A DNA stretch of 64,000 nt, taken from the NCBI GenBank assembly GCA_019634005.1, contig JAHQWD010000003.1, positions 2,525 through 66,524 on the forward strand, given 5' to 3'. Shown in pieces: positions 59,786-64,000 of this stretch. Under the pieces are notes generated by a model. That model saw only the letters and a list, made by a program, of their open reading frames with translations. It did not search any database and was not told the DNA's origin. The first letter of the stretch is position 1. Every line of letters starts with the position of its first letter. A program made the translations under genes and the position numbers. The DNA is from Candidatus Kaiserbacteria bacterium. Its GTDB lineage: Bacteria; Patescibacteriota; Minisyncoccia; Phycocordibacterales; UBA918.

Positions 59786-60211
59786 ATGAAATACTTTATA
59801 ATTCTTCTTGCAGTTGTTATCGTGGGGGTTCTTTGGTTCCATCTGACAGACAAAGCCGAGCAATTAGATCCAACTCCTCAAGAGACTGCCACCATGGAAG
59901 AGAACAGTGAACAAGATCTGGAAGAAATAGAGCCAGATGTAACTTTTAAGGTTACAGGAGTTAATTACTCGTACAATGTGAAGGAGATGCGCGTAAAGAA
60001 GGGGGATGTCGTTCGTATTGATTTCACTTCAAATCTCGGATTTCATGACTGGGTTGTCGATGAATTCAGTGCAAAAACAAAGACGCTTCGTCCTGGAACA
60101 TCAGATTCCATCACATTTGTTGCGGATAAAGTTGGAACTTTTGAGTACTATTGTTCTGTAGGGTCTCACCGAGAACAGGGGATGGTGGGATCACTCATTG
60201 TTGAGGAGTAA
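59786..60211 (+). CDS. Membrane-anchored cupredoxin (blue copper)
   Basis: FHDW...YYCSVGSHREQGM (His/Cys/His/Met ligands). Confidence 0.88.
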   Translation: MKYFIILLAVVIVGVLWFHLTDKAEQLDPTPQETATMEENSEQDLEEIEPDVTFKVTGVNYSYNVKEMRVKKGDVVRIDFTSNLGFHDWVVDEFSAKTKTLRPGTSDSITFVADKVGTFEYYCSVGSHREQGMVGSLIVEE

Positions 60212-60250
60212 TATTTGACAAAAGATACCATCTGTATATACTTTAGATAT

Positions 60251-60511
60251 ATGAAGACGCAGATGAACATAAAGATTGATGAAAAAATAAAGGAAACTGC
60301 TCAGAAGAAAGCGGCTGAACTTGGTTTGTCTCTCAGTTCTGTAGTGAACGCAACACTCTCACAGTTTGCGCGCACTGGTGAACTCTCTGTGCGTACCACT
60401 AGCCCAAAACTCAATATGATGGTTGCTGATGCACGGAAAGAATTAAAAGAAGGAAAGACAGAAGGACCTTTTTCTACTGCTGACGATATGATAGATAGTC
60501 TTGATGCATAA
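60251..60511 (+). CDS. RelB/DinJ-like antitoxin
   Basis: MNIKIDEKIKE.A...LGLSLSSVVN RHH pattern; upstream of toxin. Confidence 0.82.
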   Translation: MKTQMNIKIDEKIKETAQKKAAELGLSLSSVVNATLSQFARTGELSVRTTSPKLNMMVADARKELKEGKTEGPFSTADDMIDSLDA

Positions 60512-60525
60512 TATCTTTGCTTGGT

Positions 60526-60786
60526 ATGGAAGTACACTACTCAAGCGGATTTAAGAAGCAGTACAAGAAACTTTCTCCAAGCACCCAGTTACGATTTAAA
60601 GATAGACTCAGAACATTTATACGCAATCCACGTGCACCACAACTACGCTACCATAAGTTGCATGGAGAATATGCGGGCTTGTGGAGCATAAATATTACAG
60701 GAGACATTCGAGCAGTTATTGATGTCTCACATAAAGGAGGAGTGCTATTTATAGCAATTGGCTCGCATAGTCAGTTGTATGGATGA
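60526..60786 (+). CDS. RelE/YafQ-family mRNA interferase toxin
   Basis: FKKQYKKL, HKLHGEY, SINITGDIR, IGSHSQLY. Confidence 0.85.
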   Translation: MEVHYSSGFKKQYKKLSPSTQLRFKDRLRTFIRNPRAPQLRYHKLHGEYAGLWSINITGDIRAVIDVSHKGGVLFIAIGSHSQLYG

Positions 60787-60790
60787 AAGA

Positions 60791-62986
60791 TTAACCTGGC
60801 CACTTCGCAACCATAAGCATCTCACTGTCTTTCTCTGGAAGATGCTGCCAAATGGTCTCGGTCACAAATGGCATAAAGGGATGAAGTATCTTCAGTGACG
60901 TCGTAAGACACTCATATAGCACGTACTGTCGTGCATTCTTTGCGTCAGTATCTTCTCCATTGAGAATAGGTTTAGACTCCTCGAGAATCTTGTCTGCAAG
61001 TTCATGCCATACATAGTGGTAGGCCTTCTCCGCGGCGAGGTAGAGTTGGAACTTGTCTATATCACCAGATACCTCCCGAACCATCGTCTGTAGATTATCG
61101 AGGATCTCCTGGTCTTCTGCTCCAAGTGTATCTGGTTTTTGAGGCACTTCCTCGATGTTGGTCAGAATAAATCTCGTGATATTCCACAGTTTGTTTGCAA
61201 AGTGTTTATATCCCTTTACCTTACTCTCGTCAAAACGAAGATCATTTCCGATAGCAGTTCCCACAAGGAGTCCCATACGGAGTGCATCTGCACCGTATTT
61301 CTCAATCATCTCAATAGGATCAATACCATTGTTGAGGGATTTACTAAACTTTCTACCAGACTTGTCTCGCACCAGTCCATGGATCATAACTGTCTTAAAC
61401 GGTACCTGTCCGAGGTGAAATGCACTCATGAGAATCATGCGAGACACCCAGAGCGGAAGAATCTCGTACGCAGGGGACATGAAGGCTGTCGGATGAAATG
61501 TCTTGAGGTCTGCAGTTTCTTCTGGCCATCCAAGTGTAGAGAATGTCCAAAGAGCGGAAGAGAACCATGTATCGAGCACATCCTCTTCTTGTGTCCATCC
61601 TTCTCCTTCAGGTGTGGTGACACCACAGTGTATCTCGTCACCCTTATACCACACAGGGATACGGTGTCCGAACCAGATCTGTCGAGAAATACACCAGTCT
61701 CGGAGATTATCAATCCAATGGAAGTATGTTTTACGGAAACGTTCTTGTGGCATTGAGACCGACTCGCTCTCAACACTTGCACGCATGACTTCTACAAGAG
61801 TCGCCTCAGAACCAGATGCGATACCAGGGATCTCAGAGTGCTCTATGGTAAACGGTTTATTGACCGCAACCCACCACTGTAATTTTGGAAGTGGTTCAAT
61901 TACAGCACCAGTACGCTCTGATGTAGAGATATTCTGATCCACCTCCTCCTCTTTCTCAAGAAGATTCTCTTCCTTGAGCCACGTAACGACCGCCTCACGT
62001 GCAGCGTCCACTTTAAGATTCTCAAGACGGCCAGAGACCATCATTTTGGCATACTCATTGATAACCTGTGGGCGGGGGAGATCATTTTTCTCTGCAATTT
62101 CCCAATCTATGTGGCTGTGTGCAGGCGTAACACCAAGCGCTCCAGTTCCAAACTCCATATCAACACCATCATCGGCAACAACGGTAATGTGGAGGGGTAC
62201 ATCACAGAAGGTAAGATCGTATTCTTTTCCGATGAATTCTTGGTATCGTGTGTCGTCAGGATGGACGGCAACAGCAACATCACCCACTTTCGTCTCAGGA
62301 CGAGTGGTGGAGATGGCGATGGGGAAGTCTGAAGAATATTTAAATGTGTAGAGTACTCCTTTACGCTCTTCGTGCACAACCTCGTCATCAGAGATGGTCG
62401 TCTGCCCTTTTGGATCCCAGTTTACAATGCGATTGCCTCGATAGATAAGTCCTGCATCATACATTCTCTTAAACGCAGTACTTACCGCCAAGGTTCGTTT
62501 CTCATCAAGGGTGTACGCGTAGCGGCTCCAATCCAATGATGCTCCAACGCGTCTCACTTGGCTCAGGATAGTATCCTCACTATTCTTCGCAAACTCTGAT
62601 ACACGGCGTACTAACTCCTCTCGTCCGAGATCATGTCGTGTTTTATTCTCTTCTTTACGAATGTTTTTCTCTACTCGTGCCTGGGTTGCGATAGCGGCAG
62701 AGTCTGTCCCAGGTACCCAGAGGGTCTTTTTGCCATTCATGCGGTGGTAACGAACAAATGCATCTTGGAGAGAATCCTCGTAGGCGTGTCCAATGTGGAG
62801 TACCCCTGTTACGTTTGGGGGTGGTAATACGACAGAAAATGTCTCCGCATCAGCATCAGTAACACCTTTTTCTACACAGGTATCTGGATTAAAATAGCCG
62901 CTCTTTTCCCAAAGGGCGTATACGTCTTTCTCGTTTGCTTCGGAATCGTATGGTGAAAGGAATATGTCAGGAATCTGGTCACTCAT
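60791..62986 (-). CDS. valS: Valyl-tRNA synthetase (short form)
   Basis: PPPNVTGVLHIGH, TTRPET, DWCISRQIWFGH, DTWFSS, KFSKS. Confidence 0.95.
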   Translation of the reverse strand: MSDQIPDIFLSPYDSEANEKDVYALWEKSGYFNPDTCVEKGVTDADAETFSVVLPPPNVTGVLHIGHAYEDSLQDAFVRYHRMNGKKTLWVPGTDSAAIATQARVEKNIRKEENKTRHDLGREELVRRVSEFAKNSEDTILSQVRRVGASLDWSRYAYTLDEKRTLAVSTAFKRMYDAGLIYRGNRIVNWDPKGQTTISDDEVVHEERKGVLYTFKYSSDFPIAISTTRPETKVGDVAVAVHPDDTRYQEFIGKEYDLTFCDVPLHITVVADDGVDMEFGTGALGVTPAHSHIDWEIAEKNDLPRPQVINEYAKMMVSGRLENLKVDAAREAVVTWLKEENLLEKEEEVDQNISTSERTGAVIEPLPKLQWWVAVNKPFTIEHSEIPGIASGSEATLVEVMRASVESESVSMPQERFRKTYFHWIDNLRDWCISRQIWFGHRIPVWYKGDEIHCGVTTPEGEGWTQEEDVLDTWFSSALWTFSTLGWPEETADLKTFHPTAFMSPAYEILPLWVSRMILMSAFHLGQVPFKTVMIHGLVRDKSGRKFSKSLNNGIDPIEMIEKYGADALRMGLLVGTAIGNDLRFDESKVKGYKHFANKLWNITRFILTNIEEVPQKPDTLGAEDQEILDNLQTMVREVSGDIDKFQLYLAAEKAYHYVWHELADKILEESKPILNGEDTDAKNARQYVLYECLTTSLKILHPFMPFVTETIWQHLPEKDSEMLMVAKWPG

Positions 62987-63011
62987 GAATCAAATAGTAC
63001 CAGTTTTAGCC

Positions 63012-64000
63012 CTATGCGCAAATAGAACGATTTCCATCAGCAGCAAGAGAATCAAGATTTTCTGGATTATTGGCATGTGCATGTCCCGCAAGTGCAATCA
63101 TAATGGCATTATCGGTTGAGAGAGTTCTGTTAGGAAGATATAGATTTACTTCATCTCCAAACATTTTCTCAAAAGACGCTCTAATATGTATATTTGCAGT
63201 GACACCGCCGCCGAGGATGAGAGACTGTGCTCCAATTTCCTCTACAGCACTCCTTGTTTTTGCGAGGAGTACTTCGGTCACCACGTCTTCAAAGTCTCGT
63301 GCGAGGGCTGCCTTTTGGTCTTCATCAAGTTCTGTGTCTTGGATTGCATAGCGTACAGCAGTCTTAAGACCAGAGAACGAGAAATCTAGATCTCCAGAAT
63401 GAAGCATTGGCCTTGGAAGTTCTGTGTACTCAGGGAGATCTTTTTCTCTTCCAATCTTCGCCAACCTACTTATCTCTGGTCCACCTGGATACGGAAGTCC
63501 CATCATACGCGCTACCTTATCAAAAGCTTCACCAACTGCGTCGTCTCGTGTCTCACCGAGCAGTCGATAGTTTTGCCAGTCCTCACTTACCACCAATTGT
63601 GTATGTCCGCCTGAGATGAGAAGCGAAACGGCGGGGAAGGAAAGTGGTGCAAGTCTTTCTCCATCAAAAACAGAAGAGAGAATATGTCCTTCCATGTGAT
63701 TTGTTGGAATGACAGGAACGTGTAGAAGAGAAGCAAGCGCACGTGCAAAGTTTACCCCCACCCACAGTGCTGGTTCTAACCCTGGTCCGTTGGTGACTGC
63801 GATCAGATCTATACCTTTGATTTCATATTTCTGGAAAAATGCAGTGAGTGCTTCTGCCAAACCTTCCTCATGTGAGAGCATGTCTGTGAGGTGTGCGAAT
63901 GTTTCATTGGGAAGTCTCTCTGCACGATCTTGAAGCATTTCTGCCTCTCGGAGCGCTTTCTCAAGCATCGGAATGACCGTCTTTACATGCTCTCGTTTGG
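63012..64000 (-). CDS. tsaD: t6A threonylcarbamoyltransferase TsaD (5' truncated by window)
   Basis: VTNGPGL, NHMEGH, SGGHT, DDAVGEAFDK, FSFSGLKT, TDNAIMI. Confidence 0.95.
   Translation of the reverse strand, partial: KREHVKTVIPMLEKALREAEMLQDRAERLPNETFAHLTDMLSHEEGLAEALTAFFQKYEIKGIDLIAVTNGPGLEPALWVGVNFARALASLLHVPVIPTNHMEGHILSSVFDGERLAPLSFPAVSLLISGGHTQLVVSEDWQNYRLLGETRDDAVGEAFDKVARMMGLPYPGGPEISRLAKIGREKDLPEYTELPRPMLHSGDLDFSFSGLKTAVRYAIQDTELDEDQKAALARDFEDVVTEVLLAKTRSAVEEIGAQSLILGGGVTANIHIRASFEKMFGDEVNLYLPNRTLSTDNAIMIALAGHAHANNPENLDSLAADGNRSICA

Overview
A 64 kb chromosomal segment of a small-genome bacterium using genetic code 11. Gene content, streamlined proteins and sparse metabolism point to Patescibacteria/CPR, Parcubacteria-like (inference, not a database result). 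Most of it is housekeeping: ligA, gatCA, prfB, ftsEX, pyrG, typA, nth, mutY, rnj, secG, groES/EL, lemA/htpX, nrdB, murJ, lepA, pyrF, valS, tsaD, RNase P RNA and eight tRNA genes, plus two type II toxin-antitoxin pairs and single accessory ORFs. Main highlights: (1) a tRNA-Asp(GUC) gene split inside the anticodon (35/36) by a 241-nt group I intron, with a free-standing double-motif LAGLIDADG gene ending 2 nt upstream; (2) directly downstream, an ADP-ribosyltransferase-like ORF enclosed by ~45-bp direct repeats of the tRNA 3' end plus terminator; (3) a two-gene islet encoding a nucleotidyltransferase-alpha/beta-hydrolase fusion and a degenerate MetRS-like catalytic domain without an anticodon-binding domain, the best candidate for an undescribed system; (4) an apparent active/dead tandem pair of M14 peptidases; (5) Nth and MutY lacking Fe-S ligands, and a minimal RF2; (6) a window-wide pattern of extended -10 boxes 6-9 nt before ATG (near-leaderless genes), contrasting with SD-led accessory genes. 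All calls come from reading motifs by eye; no searches were run.
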